64,000 nt of DNA from Candidatus Saccharibacteria bacterium UBA2018 (GTDB lineage Bacteria; Patescibacteriota; Saccharimonadia; Saccharimonadales; Saccharimonadaceae), in the NCBI GenBank assembly GCA_002335175.1, contig DDCA01000001.1, positions 225,631 to 289,630 of the forward strand. The letters run 5' to 3'. The notes below the pieces were generated by a model. That model was not told the origin of the DNA. It made no database searches and saw nothing but the letters and a program-made list of their open reading frames with translations. The number at the start of each line of letters is the position of its first letter. Position 1 is the first letter of the stretch. The position numbers and the translations under genes were made by a program. Below, piece after piece: positions 9,723 through 18,411 of the stretch.

Positions 9723-9752
9723 TAACCGGCTAGTATGCATTTCGGAAATGAA

Positions 9753-9959
9753 TTAGCTCTTGCGGGCCTTAACTTCGTTACGGCCCAAGTTTTTCTTGGT
9801 CTCGGTGTAAACAGCGTGCTTACGTGCGATTGGGTCGTATTTCTTGATCTCAATCTTGTCCGGGCTGTTCTGCGTGTTTTTGGTGGTGTAGTAAGTACGG
9901 TGACCGCTTAAACTGCTCACTAAACCGACTAATTTACGCTTCGTGTTCTTCTTTGCCAT
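9753..9959 (-). CDS. rpmG: 50S ribosomal protein L33
   Basis: [53 protein letters not shown] matches the L33 pattern (..YTT.KN....P.K.E.KK.DP..RKH..Y.E.K). Confidence 0.8.
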   Translation of the reverse strand: MAKKNTKRKLVGLVSSLSGHRTYYTTKNTQNSPDKIEIKKYDPIARKHAVYTETKKNLGRNEVKARKS

Positions 9960-9995
9960 TACTTCTCACTTTAAATTTGTTGTGCTAATTAAGGC

Positions 9996-10541
9996 TTATT
10001 TTAACAGATTTTCAGATTGAATACTAGTGTTAGCGAGCCAGAAGCGTTTCGTCGGTTTGTTGTCCGGCTGGGTGCGTGTGTCTTCGAACTTGCCGCCTGC
10101 TTTACATATAACACCTTCTGAAGCTGCATTGTCATCATCACATGTGATAAGAATTCGTTTTATGCCTAGCTCAGCGGCCTTTTGCTTACATGCTTTTAGC
10201 ATTGCGCTCGCGTATCCCTTGCGACGCTCATTCGGATGTACGCAGTAGCCTATGTGACCTCCGAAATTTTCGAGATATTCATTCAAGGAATGTCTGAGCT
10301 GAATCATGCCCACCAAAGTGTCTCCATCGTATGGCAGGTACTGTGTCGCTCTGACGCGACCCGGCTCTAGTGAACCATGAAGATCCTTGTGTACCTTCTC
10401 TAGCCATACATCATACTCGGTAAAGTCTTCCAGGTGACCTGAGCCAGCAATATGCGTCTCTGTCATCAAAAAATCGTCTCGAAACTTCATGACGGCCGCT
10501 TTGTCGGTCAGAGAAGGGAGTTCGAGACGAAATGTATGCAT
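9996..10541 (-). CDS. GNAT family N-acetyltransferase
   Basis: The core HPNERRKGYASAMLKACKQKAAELGIKRILITCDDDNAASEGV matches the acetyl-CoA binding motif A (R/Q-x-x-G-x-A). The start is set to the ATG at 10541 (MHTFRLE...) because the longer ORF runs into the tRNA. Confidence 0.8.
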   Translation of the reverse strand: MHTFRLELPSLTDKAAVMKFRDDFLMTETHIAGSGHLEDFTEYDVWLEKVHKDLHGSLEPGRVRATQYLPYDGDTLVGMIQLRHSLNEYLENFGGHIGYCVHPNERRKGYASAMLKACKQKAAELGIKRILITCDDDNAASEGVICKAGGKFEDTRTQPDNKPTKRFWLANTSIQSENLLK

Positions 10542-10550
10542 AGGTAGTCC

Positions 10551-10626
10551 TGGAGCCATCGTCGGGGCTTGAACCCGAGACCTCATCCTTACCATGGATG
10601 CGCTCTACCAACTGAGCTACGACGGC
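10551..10626 (-). tRNA. tRNA-Thr (anticodon GGU), CCA end encoded
   Basis: The reverse complement reads GCCGTCGTAGCTCAGTTGGTAGAGCGCATCCATGGTAAGGATGAGGTCTCGGGTTCAAGCCCCGACGATGGCTCCA. Anticodon stem CATCC/GGATG, loop ATGGTAA. Confidence 0.9.
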
Positions 10627-10680
10627 GACCTTGACTATTTTAACAGATTAAAACCCTATCCAAAAGCTGCATCAGGATGC

Positions 10681-11058
10681 CTACACTATCTTGTATCGAT
10701 TATACTTGATGTTCTCTATGCTAAGTTCATTCCTCGCTGTTACTTCTTCCCAAGGAAGAATATATCTCGCACCTTTTGCCGTGTAAACGAAAAGTAGTTC
10801 AAAAGAATCATCTAGATAGGTTTTTGAGTAATGAAGGGACTGATTTCCTCCAGTCGTACGAAGGGCTACTTTGCAAGTTGATCTATTTCGATATAAGCCG
10901 GCGTATTTAACCTGAACACGTGATAATTTACCCGCAATTTCGACAATAAGATCATATTCACGCTTATCCCCAATGGGCAAACATACCTCGTACCCGTTCT
11001 GCATGAAGTAACTGATTGCGTGTGATATGGCAAGGTCCCCTTTTTCTTTCGGCTTCAT
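10681..11058 (-). CDS. PD-(D/E)XK endonuclease family protein (small stand-alone, 'group I intron endonuclease'-like family)
   Basis: 125 aa. KGDLAISHAISYFMQNGYEVCLPIGDKREYDLIVEIAGKLSRVQVKY fits the E...D...(V)QVK layout of the small PD-(D/E)XK family seen in archaea, phage and homing contexts. Confidence 0.6.
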   Translation of the reverse strand: MKPKEKGDLAISHAISYFMQNGYEVCLPIGDKREYDLIVEIAGKLSRVQVKYAGLYRNRSTCKVALRTTGGNQSLHYSKTYLDDSFELLFVYTAKGARYILPWEEVTARNELSIENIKYNRYKIV

Positions 11059-11139
11059 GGCTTGAGTATAGCAGAGTATATTACTGTAGCCATCTTGTTT
11101 TTTACCCTCCTATTCGATAGAATTATCAGGTATAGAAGT

Positions 11140-11216
11140 GCCGCTTTAGCTCAGCTGGTTAGAGCAACTGTTTTGTAAACAGTAGGTCCTCGGTTCGAGT
11201 CCGAGAAGCGGCTCCA
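11140..11216 (+). tRNA. tRNA-Thr (anticodon UGU), CCA end encoded
   Basis: GCCGCTTTAGCTCAGCTGGTTAGAGCAACTGTTTTGTAAACAGTAGGTCCTCGGTTCGAGTCCGAGAAGCGGCTCCA. Anticodon stem ACTGT/ACAGT, loop TTTGTAA. Confidence 0.9.
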
Positions 11217-11225
11217 CGATTATTC

Positions 11226-11311
11226 GCTGGGGTAGTGAAGCGGTCAAACACAAGAGACTGTAAATCTCTCGGCATTCGCCTTCGCAGGTTCGAATCCTGC
11301 CCCCAGTACCA
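11226..11311 (+). tRNA. tRNA-Tyr (anticodon GUA), long variable arm, CCA end encoded
   Basis: GCTGGGGTAGTGAAGCGGTCAAACACAAGAGACTGTAAATCTCTCGGCATTCGCCTTCGCAGGTTCGAATCCTGCCCCCAGTACCA. Loop CTGTAAA, class II variable arm, T-arm GCAGGTTCGAATCCTGC. Confidence 0.88.
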
Positions 11312-11360
11312 AATAGAATAACCGCTTTGATAGCGGATATTTTATTTCTAATACTTCTTT

Positions 11361-11480
11361 CTAGTTTGTATAAACAGTGATGATATAGTTACAAGCCACG
11401 AAGCCAATAACTACTCCGCACACGATTGCAAGGAGAATGAGAGCATTTTGAGAAGGTTGGGTAGGTTTATTCTTAGCCAT
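11361..11480 (-). CDS. possible 39-aa single-pass membrane peptide
   Basis: Hand-translated; it is below the ORF-track cutoff. MAKNKPTQPSQNALILLAIVCGVVIGFVACNYIITVYTN, stop TAG at 11363-11361. It sits immediately upstream of the TPR gene on the same strand. Confidence 0.3.
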   Translation of the reverse strand: MAKNKPTQPSQNALILLAIVCGVVIGFVACNYIITVYTN

Positions 11481-11484
11481 AGAT

Positions 11485-12138
11485 TTACATTACCACACGA
11501 CGCGGTTGTTTGACCCGCTTTGCCTGCCCTTCCGGGATAATCATCTTGGCAGCCTGTTCGCGGAGGTCGGTCGCTAGCTCCGTTTGGTCCGTGCGTTCGT
11601 ATGCGTCAGCCAGAATCGTGAGAGTCTGCGGATTTTTCTCGAGTTCGACAGCACGCTCCAATGCCGTCAACATCCGTTTGTCGTGCCCGAGCTTTTCTTG
11701 CACCTTAGCGTACGCTATGTGCCGTGCCGCCAAACCTTCTTCCATCCCAAGAGCTTGTTCAAATGCCAAAGCGGCTTTATCGTATTGCTCTGTCTCATAA
11801 TAAATTAGTCCGACGTTATGTAGGCTAGACGCACTCGGTTCGAGACTTTGTGCAATTTCGAAACATTCAATTGCATCTTCATACGCTTGTTGCTTTGCGT
11901 ACAAAATACCAAGGCGGTTATAGGCGGTAGCATTCCGTTCATCAACCCTTAGGATCGTCAAAAGCGCCTTCTCTGCCCGCAGATACTTTTTGTCTCGTAG
12001 CGATTCCTGGGCTATTTCCCACAGGCGATCGAGCTTATCTGTCAGTTTAGATGGCAAATCAAGCGTGACTTCCGTGATGGTCTGCCGCTGATAGAGTGCC
12101 CACGCTCCAAACAGAGCTAGTAAAACCAATCCGAACAT
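11485..12138 (-). CDS. membrane-anchored tetratricopeptide repeat (TPR) protein
   Basis: N-terminal TM (MFGLVLLALFGAWALY) followed by repeated TPR-like A..Y..LG..Y.....Y..A...FE.AL units. Confidence 0.7.
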   Translation of the reverse strand: MFGLVLLALFGAWALYQRQTITEVTLDLPSKLTDKLDRLWEIAQESLRDKKYLRAEKALLTILRVDERNATAYNRLGILYAKQQAYEDAIECFEIAQSLEPSASSLHNVGLIYYETEQYDKAALAFEQALGMEEGLAARHIAYAKVQEKLGHDKRMLTALERAVELEKNPQTLTILADAYERTDQTELATDLREQAAKMIIPEGQAKRVKQPRRVVM

Positions 12139-12213
12139 ATAGTTAGATTATAGCACGAGAAGAAGAGTGAAGATTGTCTGCAATGGTTTCCGAGGGGCAA
12201 TTGACGAATATCG

Positions 12214-13035
12214 TTACAGCACCGCTGCTGTTAAATGAAGGCGGATATTGCCGTTAGCGCGGATAGCTTCTTGTGCGCCAAGAAGTGCATCAATCAGGTG
12301 CAGTAATCCTATGCTTGAATCGGCATTAAGCGAACGTTTAAGTATGAGTAACGTCGTCTCGATAAATACCAAGGCTGCCTGCCTATCATCCTTTAATGCC
12401 TGGATCGTCACTTGTTTCTGGTACTGCGAACCTTCGACGAACTGTCGGGCTAAGGATACCCGCTCAGCTAGTTGCTTAAAGTCATCGCCATTTGACGAGA
12501 GTCGGGTCAACTCGGCTGGCAGTCCGCTCGCAATGTAAAGTAGCTGGCGGCTTCTGGTAGCGTCCGGGGGCCCCAGCGACCGCACTAACCGGCTGCTGGC
12601 GGCACTATTAATTCTGGGCACGACATAGGGCTGCAGGCGTGAACGGATTGTAGGCAGTAAAGCATCTGGGCGATGGCTCGTAAGGATGAACTTAGTGCTG
12701 TCATTCGGCTCCTCGAGAAGCTTAAGCAGTGCATTCTGTGCCGCTGCATTCATGGTCTCCGCGTTGTCAATGACGATGAAGTGAGGGCGACCCATTTTGC
12801 TGCGCGCCGTTTCATACAATAACCGCACTCTCTCAACTGTGATGGCAGGCACTGCGGCCTTGGTTTTTGCGAGGGGCTCCACTATTTCAAGCAGTACTCC
12901 GTTGGTATTCGCCATATGAAGCGCCAACGTTTTTAACCCTATGCCTACCGGCCCGCTAAGCAAGATTGCTTGCGGTAAATTTTTAGCATAGGTGTCCAAG
13001 AACGTCTTGGTTTCGTCGGCGAGAGCTAATTTCAT
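12214..13035 (-). CDS. holB: DNA polymerase III subunit delta'
   Basis: AILLSGPVGIGLKTLA (degenerate Walker A), FIVIDNAETMNAAAQNALLKLLEEP and TIRSRLQ (sensor/SRC-like) are typical of the clamp-loader delta' subunit. Confidence 0.75.
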   Translation of the reverse strand: MKLALADETKTFLDTYAKNLPQAILLSGPVGIGLKTLALHMANTNGVLLEIVEPLAKTKAAVPAITVERVRLLYETARSKMGRPHFIVIDNAETMNAAAQNALLKLLEEPNDSTKFILTSHRPDALLPTIRSRLQPYVVPRINSAASSRLVRSLGPPDATRSRQLLYIASGLPAELTRLSSNGDDFKQLAERVSLARQFVEGSQYQKQVTIQALKDDRQAALVFIETTLLILKRSLNADSSIGLLHLIDALLGAQEAIRANGNIRLHLTAAVL

Positions 13036-13859
13036 TTTTTTACAGCTTCCTGGAACTCCTCTGGAACAGGAGACTCAAATGTACGGCGCTCTCTGCTCGG
13101 AAGCGTTATTTCTAGTGATGCGGCATGAAGGAACATCCGGGATGCCTTTTCTGACCCATACACAATATCTCCGACAATGGGCGTACCTAAATATGCCATG
13201 TGAACGCGCAGCTGGTGAGTCCTGCCGGTTCGGGGCATAAGCTTAACTAATGTCCGGGTACCGTTTGACTTGATAATTTCATACGACGTCTCGGCCGGTT
13301 TGCCGGCAGCGTCAACTTTAAATGTACTCGGCGCAGAGGGGTTGCGGGCAATCGGCAGATCAATAATGGCTTTCTCTTGCTTTGGAACGCCGCTTACGAC
13401 GGCCATGTAGGTTTTTTTGACCTTGCGGTCGCTAAATTGGCGCTGTAAGTAGCTGGCGCTAGCATCGTTCTTGGCGCATATGATAACGCCGGAAGTAGCC
13501 CGGTCTAAGCGATGGATAATACCCGGCCGGTTGGTCGCAGCATGGTAGGCTGTCTTCGGCCGAACAAACTCAGCGACGGTAAACTCGTCATTCATTGCGC
13601 CTTTGCTATGTGTCAGCACCCCGACAGGCTTATTGATGACAATAACGTCATCGTCTTCATAAATTATAGGCAGAGACTCATTTGAGAAGTCTGTTTGCTC
13701 GGGAACGTTCACTTCAACATGGTCATCTTCATCTAACGCATACTTGGTACTTGTAACGACCTCACTATTCACCAATACGTACCCAGCTTCAATATACTTT
13801 TGCCAAGTAGAACGTGAGTATTCCGGCCAAAACTGAGCGACGTATTGGTCTAGGCGCAT
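13032..13859 (-). CDS. RluA family pseudouridine synthase (RluD-like, with S4 domain)
   Basis: N-terminal S4-like RLDQYVAQ..., catalytic motif GIIHRLDRATSGVIICAKN, C-terminal RTGRTHQLRVHMAYLGTPIVGD. The start is set to the ATG at 13859, 1 nt from the trpS stop. The longer ORF would overlap trpS. Confidence 0.85.
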   Translation of the reverse strand: MRLDQYVAQFWPEYSRSTWQKYIEAGYVLVNSEVVTSTKYALDEDDHVEVNVPEQTDFSNESLPIIYEDDDVIVINKPVGVLTHSKGAMNDEFTVAEFVRPKTAYHAATNRPGIIHRLDRATSGVIICAKNDASASYLQRQFSDRKVKKTYMAVVSGVPKQEKAIIDLPIARNPSAPSTFKVDAAGKPAETSYEIIKSNGTRTLVKLMPRTGRTHQLRVHMAYLGTPIVGDIVYGSEKASRMFLHAASLEITLPSRERRTFESPVPEEFQEAVKK

Positions 13860-13860
13860 A

Positions 13861-14940
13861 TTATGCTTTCGGGCGCAGCCCAACGGCTTGCTGGACTCTA
13901 TACAAAGTGGCGTTCGCCTGTTCATTCATGGCTTTTTCTGACGATTCCAACTTTGACATCACCGCTGCCTCGTCGACCTGCTTGAGTTGTTCCTGGAAGT
14001 GTACAAGGAAGCTTTTGACCTGCTCGGCAACTTCCTTTTTGAAGTCACCATAGCGTTCTTGTCCGGCATGTTTTTCAATTACAGCCTCTAGTTCCTTGCC
14101 GCTAAGGAGTGCCGAGATTTGCAATAAGTTGCTTATTCCGGGCTGTTCAAGCGGATCATACGCCACGAAAGCCTTGTCATCGGTTGTGGCGCCCATTATT
14201 TTTTTGGCGGCTTCATCGGGCGTATCACTCAGGAATATTACACCTTTATCACTTGTGGCTGACTTGCTCATCTTTCTTGTCGGATCTACCAGATCCATAA
14301 TTCGGAGCCCTTGATCATTTCCGAAGAATTCATGCTGCTTTTTGACTGCTTCGGGTACTACAAACAGTTCACCGAACTTGCTGTTCATTCGTTCAGCAAT
14401 GTCGCGCGTGAATTCAAGATGCTGTGTCTGATCATCACCGACAGGAACGTACTTTGCACCATAGAGAAGAATATCAGCAGCCATAAGGACGGGATAATTA
14501 TAAAGACCTACAGAGGTGCTCAGGGTTAATAGTTTATTCTGTTCTTTCTTGAGAAGAAGTAACTTTGACTCGTCCAGATTACTCTTATCTTTAAACTGCG
14601 TCATTCTTGCGAGCTCACCGGTATAAGTAAAACAATCTAAAATCCAAGTCAGCTCACTATGCGCTGGAACATAACTTTGTCGGTAAAGGTAAATACTGTC
14701 ATTATCGAGCGGCAATCCAGCAGCTGCAAACAGCTTTGCGGTTTGGATAATCTGGCTGTATAGCAGTTCATGCTTAATGGGTGTCGTAAAACTATGAAGA
14801 TCCGGAATAAACATATTTATCTGGTATTCATCAGATTTTTGCTGCGCCATATCAATGATTGGCAACATGCCGCCGAAGTAGTTGCCGAGCGTCAAATCAT
14901 TATTGGCACGCAGGCCGGTAAGAATTATTGGTTTTGTCAT
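13861..14940 (-). CDS. trpS: tryptophan--tRNA ligase
   Basis: Class I aaRS with an N-terminal TGLRANNDLTLGNY (HIGH-region equivalent) and KMSKS (RKMSKSATS). Length is 359 aa. Confidence 0.9.
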   Translation of the reverse strand: MTKPIILTGLRANNDLTLGNYFGGMLPIIDMAQQKSDEYQINMFIPDLHSFTTPIKHELLYSQIIQTAKLFAAAGLPLDNDSIYLYRQSYVPAHSELTWILDCFTYTGELARMTQFKDKSNLDESKLLLLKKEQNKLLTLSTSVGLYNYPVLMAADILLYGAKYVPVGDDQTQHLEFTRDIAERMNSKFGELFVVPEAVKKQHEFFGNDQGLRIMDLVDPTRKMSKSATSDKGVIFLSDTPDEAAKKIMGATTDDKAFVAYDPLEQPGISNLLQISALLSGKELEAVIEKHAGQERYGDFKKEVAEQVKSFLVHFQEQLKQVDEAAVMSKLESSEKAMNEQANATLYRVQQAVGLRPKA

Positions 14941-14980
14941 TACTTCCCATTATACATGCCAGACGTTGTAAAATAGAGGT

Positions 14981-15469
14981 ATGAGAAAACAAGTTATCGT
15001 AGCAATCGGAGTCGTAGTGGCCGTCGGGCTTGTCGTATTGACGTTCGCTTACATCCGTAATAGCCAAGAAGCTAGCCAGCAGAACGAGCAGGCTGCCAAA
15101 ATGACACCTGAAACCGACATACCTGAGGGCGCTCAGTCTTCCCCGTCCGGTCCGTCGGAAGGCCGCTACACCAACTATTCTGAGCCAGCAATAGATTCTA
15201 CAAGCGGGCGAAAAGTCTTGTTCTTTCACGCCCCTTGGTGTCCACAATGCCGCATGATCGAGAATGATATCGAAAAGTCGGCAATACCATCAGGCGTTAC
15301 GATATTTAAAGTAGACTACGACTCAAACCAAAGCTTGCGTCAGGAGTATGGTGTTACGCTTCAAACTACTTTTGTCGAAATTGGTAACGACCGAAAGCTT
15401 ATCAACAAATACGTTGCATATAACGAGCCAACTTTCGACAGCGTTAAAACGAATTTGCTGAATAAATGA
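14981..15469 (+). CDS. membrane-anchored thioredoxin-fold protein (CxxC)
   Basis: N-terminal TM, then FFHAPWCPQCRMIE (WCxxC active site). Confidence 0.75.
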   Translation: MRKQVIVAIGVVVAVGLVVLTFAYIRNSQEASQQNEQAAKMTPETDIPEGAQSSPSGPSEGRYTNYSEPAIDSTSGRKVLFFHAPWCPQCRMIENDIEKSAIPSGVTIFKVDYDSNQSLRQEYGVTLQTTFVEIGNDRKLINKYVAYNEPTFDSVKTNLLNK

Positions 15470-16188
15470 GCCTGTTACTCATTTCGTTTATCGCCGGACT
15501 CTTAACCGTCCTCGCCCCTTGTATTTTGCCTGTCATACCGGTAATTGTAGGCAGTAGTTTAGCTGATAGTACAAAGAGCAGCCGCCGAATTTTCGTTATT
15601 ATCGCAAGCCTGGCCGTCGCAATAGTGACGTTTACGCTGCTACTGAAGGCCACAACAGCTCTGCTCGGTGTGCCTCAGTTTGTCTGGCAGCTCATTTCGG
15701 GCGTGGTTATTGTCGTGTTAGGGCTTTCGTTCCTGTTTCCGCGCTTATGGGAAACCGTTATGCTCAAAACCGGCACAGGATTGGGTTCGCAGCGGCTTCT
15801 CGCGCAGACAAACCGTAGTAAGGGGATGTGGAGTGCCGTAGCGACCGGCGCAGCGCTCGGTCCGGTATTCGCAAGCTGCAGTCCGACGTACTTATTTATC
15901 GTAGCGGCCGTGCTTCCAATCGATTTTTGGATTGGATTCTTCTACCTTCTTGCCTATACCGCCGGCTTAGTCATTATTCTTCTTGCCGTATCACTCGCCG
16001 GCAAAAGATTAATTGGCAACCTGGGTTGGGCGTTAAACCCCGATGGGTGGTTTCGTCGCAGCATCGGCGCCTTAATGGTAATCGTGGGTCTAATGGTGAT
16101 TCTCGGAGGCGACAAAGCAATCCAAGCATTTATCATTGATCAAGGCTGGTATGCCCCACTGGAATCGTTTGAAAATAGTCTTCGCTAA
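15466..16188 (+). CDS. ccdA: CcdA/DsbD-family transmembrane thiol:disulfide electron transporter
   Basis: Polytopic membrane protein with LAPCILPVIPV (N-terminal Cys-Pro motif) and FASCSPTY (second Cys motif), as in CcdA. The start overlaps the thioredoxin gene stop. Confidence 0.75.
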   Translation: MSLLLISFIAGLLTVLAPCILPVIPVIVGSSLADSTKSSRRIFVIIASLAVAIVTFTLLLKATTALLGVPQFVWQLISGVVIVVLGLSFLFPRLWETVMLKTGTGLGSQRLLAQTNRSKGMWSAVATGAALGPVFASCSPTYLFIVAAVLPIDFWIGFFYLLAYTAGLVIILLAVSLAGKRLIGNLGWALNPDGWFRRSIGALMVIVGLMVILGGDKAIQAFIIDQGWYAPLESFENSLR

Positions 16189-16189
16189 C

Positions 16190-16220
16190 AAAAACTACCG
16201 ATGATTTACCGGTAGTTTTT
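16190..16220. terminator. bidirectional rho-independent terminator between ccdA (+) and rpsI (-)
   Basis: AAAAACTACCG / CGGTAGTTTTT form an 11-bp stem with a 9-nt loop. A/T runs flank both sides, between convergent genes. Confidence 0.65.
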
Positions 16221-16237
16221 GCACTCATTCGAGGACT

Positions 16238-16636
16238 TTAACGCTTCGAGTATTGTTCGCGTTTTCGTGCGGAGCGGAGTCCGTACTTCTTGCGTTCCTT
16301 TTCTCGTGGGTCACGCTTCAGGAACTCAGCCTTCTTAAGCGTTGATCGTAGGTCGCTGTGGTCAACGGTCAACGCTTTGGCAATTGCCAATTTAATTGCG
16401 TCGACCTGACCCGAGAGCCCACCACCCGACACGCGGACAGTGACGTCAAAGTCTTTCTGCTTGTTCACGAGTGCGAGTGGATCGGTAATCTCGGCAAGCA
16501 TGGTCGTATTGCCATCTAGATAGTCCGCTGCCGGCTTGTCGTTGATTGTGACGTTACCTTTGCCTTTATATAGACGGGCACGGGCCGTAGCGGCTTTGCG
16601 GCGGCCTAAGCCATAGGCGTATTTTGCTTCAGCCAT
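16238..16636 (-). CDS. rpsI: 30S ribosomal protein S9
   Basis: GRRKAATARARL...GGGLSGQVDAIKLAIAKAL...RDPREKERKKYGLRSARKREQYSKR. Confidence 0.95.
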   Translation of the reverse strand: MAEAKYAYGLGRRKAATARARLYKGKGNVTINDKPAADYLDGNTTMLAEITDPLALVNKQKDFDVTVRVSGGGLSGQVDAIKLAIAKALTVDHSDLRSTLKKAEFLKRDPREKERKKYGLRSARKREQYSKR

Positions 16637-16637
16637 A

Positions 16638-17081
16638 TTACTTTACCTCACCTTTGATTGTTATCTTTTCCGGAGTCTGTGCTGTGTGAGCGTGTTCGCT
16701 ACCAGGAAATACTTTCAGACGCTGCATCCGGTCGGGCGACAGCTTGTTCTTCGGTAGCATCCCCTTAACAGCCGATTCGATAATCCGTTCTGGGAACTTT
16801 TCACGAACCTCTCTTAGGCTAGCGTCCTTGATACCACCCGGGAAACCGCTGTGGCGGTAGTAAATTTTGCCCTCTTCCTTGTTACCGGTTACGACTGTTT
16901 CTTTTGCGTTAATGACCACGACGTAGTCACCACCATCAATGTGCGGCGTGTAGCTCGGTTTGTACTTACCAACCAAATACTTAGATATTTCGGTGGCAAG
17001 TCGTCCCAGTGGGGCATCTTTCGCGTCAATCAGTACCCAACGGCGAGTCACTTCGGTCGGCTTTTGTGAATAGGTCTTCAT
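16638..17081 (-). CDS. rplM: 50S ribosomal protein L13
   Basis: RRWVLIDAKDAPLGRLATEISKYLVGKYKPSYTPHIDGGDYVVVINA. Confidence 0.95.
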   Translation of the reverse strand: MKTYSQKPTEVTRRWVLIDAKDAPLGRLATEISKYLVGKYKPSYTPHIDGGDYVVVINAKETVVTGNKEEGKIYYRHSGFPGGIKDASLREVREKFPERIIESAVKGMLPKNKLSPDRMQRLKVFPGSEHAHTAQTPEKITIKGEVK

Positions 17082-17467
17082 TACTTGGCTCCCTTCGCGG
17101 CAGGCTTAAGCTCGTCAACGAATGAGATCGTAGCCATTTCTGCGCCGTCGCCGAGGCGGATTCTAGTACGTTCAACGCGCACGTGGCCGCTCGTTCGGTT
17201 TTTTAACTGTGGGGCAACTTCGTCGACAAGCTTGAAGGCAGCCGACTGCGTGCTGAGGCCGGCAATAACCATACGCCGGTTAGCCAGGTCGCCCTTCTTT
17301 GCCTTGGTAATTAGTTTTTCTATATAGCGGACAAGCTCTTTGGCTTTGGGTAGTGTGGTTTCAATCTTGCCATGCTCGACCAGACTCGTCGCAAGGCCCT
17401 TCAGGAGAGCGCGGCGCTGATCGCGTTCGCGGCCAAATTTTCGTCCTTTGTATCCGTGTCGATGCAT
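17081..17467 (-). CDS. rplQ: 50S ribosomal protein L17
   Basis: MHRHGYKGRKFGRERDQRRALLKGLATSLVEHGKIETTLPKAKELVRYIEKLITKAK. Confidence 0.95.
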   Translation of the reverse strand: MHRHGYKGRKFGRERDQRRALLKGLATSLVEHGKIETTLPKAKELVRYIEKLITKAKKGDLANRRMVIAGLSTQSAAFKLVDEVAPQLKNRTSGHVRVERTRIRLGDGAEMATISFVDELKPAAKGAK

Positions 17468-17470
17468 AGA

Positions 17471-18394
17471 CTATAACTCCAGCTCAGCCAGCTTATCCTT
17501 AACCTCATCAAGGGCTTTGCTGCCGAAACCTTTTAATTCGCGGAGGTCTTGTTCGCTCAGTGTTACCAAGTCGTGAACGGTCCGGATGTCGTTGTTGACA
17601 AGGGCATTCGCAGTGCGGGCGCTCAGATTCAGTTCTTCAATCGGAGTGTTGAGCTCGCTTGAGTCTTCCTGGCTGCTTTGGCCAAGGGCCGGGGCAGCTT
17701 CGACTGTGGTACTGCCGGCGAGAGCAGTGTACTGATTGACGAGGATAGCTGCTGCTTCCTCGAAGGCTTCGCGTGGTGACATACTGCCGTCGGTATCAAT
17801 CGTCAGGCGTAGTTTATCAAGATTTGTCTCTTGGCCGACACGAGTCGGGTCAACCTTGTAGCGAACACGGAGAACCGGACTAAAGACAGCATCGAGTGCA
17901 ATCATATCGCTGTGCAGGCGAGCTGCACTTGATTCTTCAATTGTGCGGTAGCCGCGGCCTGATTCAACTACCAGGTCCATGACAATCGACTTCTTTGGGT
18001 CGTCAATTGTAGCAATAACTTGGGTCGGATTGATTACTTCGACATCAGCCGACGTTTTAATGTCGGCAGCCGTGATAGGACCAGCTCCCTTTTTCTCGAG
18101 ACGAAGTTCAATTGGCTCATCGGTGTGGACTTTTACGCGGACATTTTTCAGGTTTAGCATAATGTCGACGACATCTTCCTTTACACCGGCTACAGTAGTG
18201 AATTCGTGCGTGGCACCTTCGATTCGAAAAGCGACGATTGCACCGCCACGAATGCTCGAAAGCAGAACGCGGCGCAAGCTGTTACCGAGCGTATTACCGT
18301 ACCCAGCGTGCAGCGGTTCGATGTCGAACGTAGCGCTCACGCTAGAGTGCTCGTCGATGCCAGCCAGTGCAGGGTTTGAAATAGCTTTTGACAT
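17471..18394 (-). CDS. rpoA: DNA-directed RNA polymerase subunit alpha
   Basis: GYGNTLGNSLRRVLLSSI at the N-terminal domain and a C-terminal helix-hairpin-helix region LNLSARTANALVNNDIRTVHDL. It occupies the expected position between rpsD and rplQ. Confidence 0.95.
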   Translation of the reverse strand: MSKAISNPALAGIDEHSSVSATFDIEPLHAGYGNTLGNSLRRVLLSSIRGGAIVAFRIEGATHEFTTVAGVKEDVVDIMLNLKNVRVKVHTDEPIELRLEKKGAGPITAADIKTSADVEVINPTQVIATIDDPKKSIVMDLVVESGRGYRTIEESSAARLHSDMIALDAVFSPVLRVRYKVDPTRVGQETNLDKLRLTIDTDGSMSPREAFEEAAAILVNQYTALAGSTTVEAAPALGQSSQEDSSELNTPIEELNLSARTANALVNNDIRTVHDLVTLSEQDLRELKGFGSKALDEVKDKLAELEL

Positions 18395-18411
18395 TGTTAT
18401 ATCTCCTTAGA

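Noticed and set aside
10542-10595. Longer GNAT ORF starting at 10595, and the overlapping ORF 10411..10611
   Set aside because: Both run through tRNA-Thr(GGU) at 10551-10626. The translated segment (VQAPTMAPG...) is simply the tRNA read as protein.
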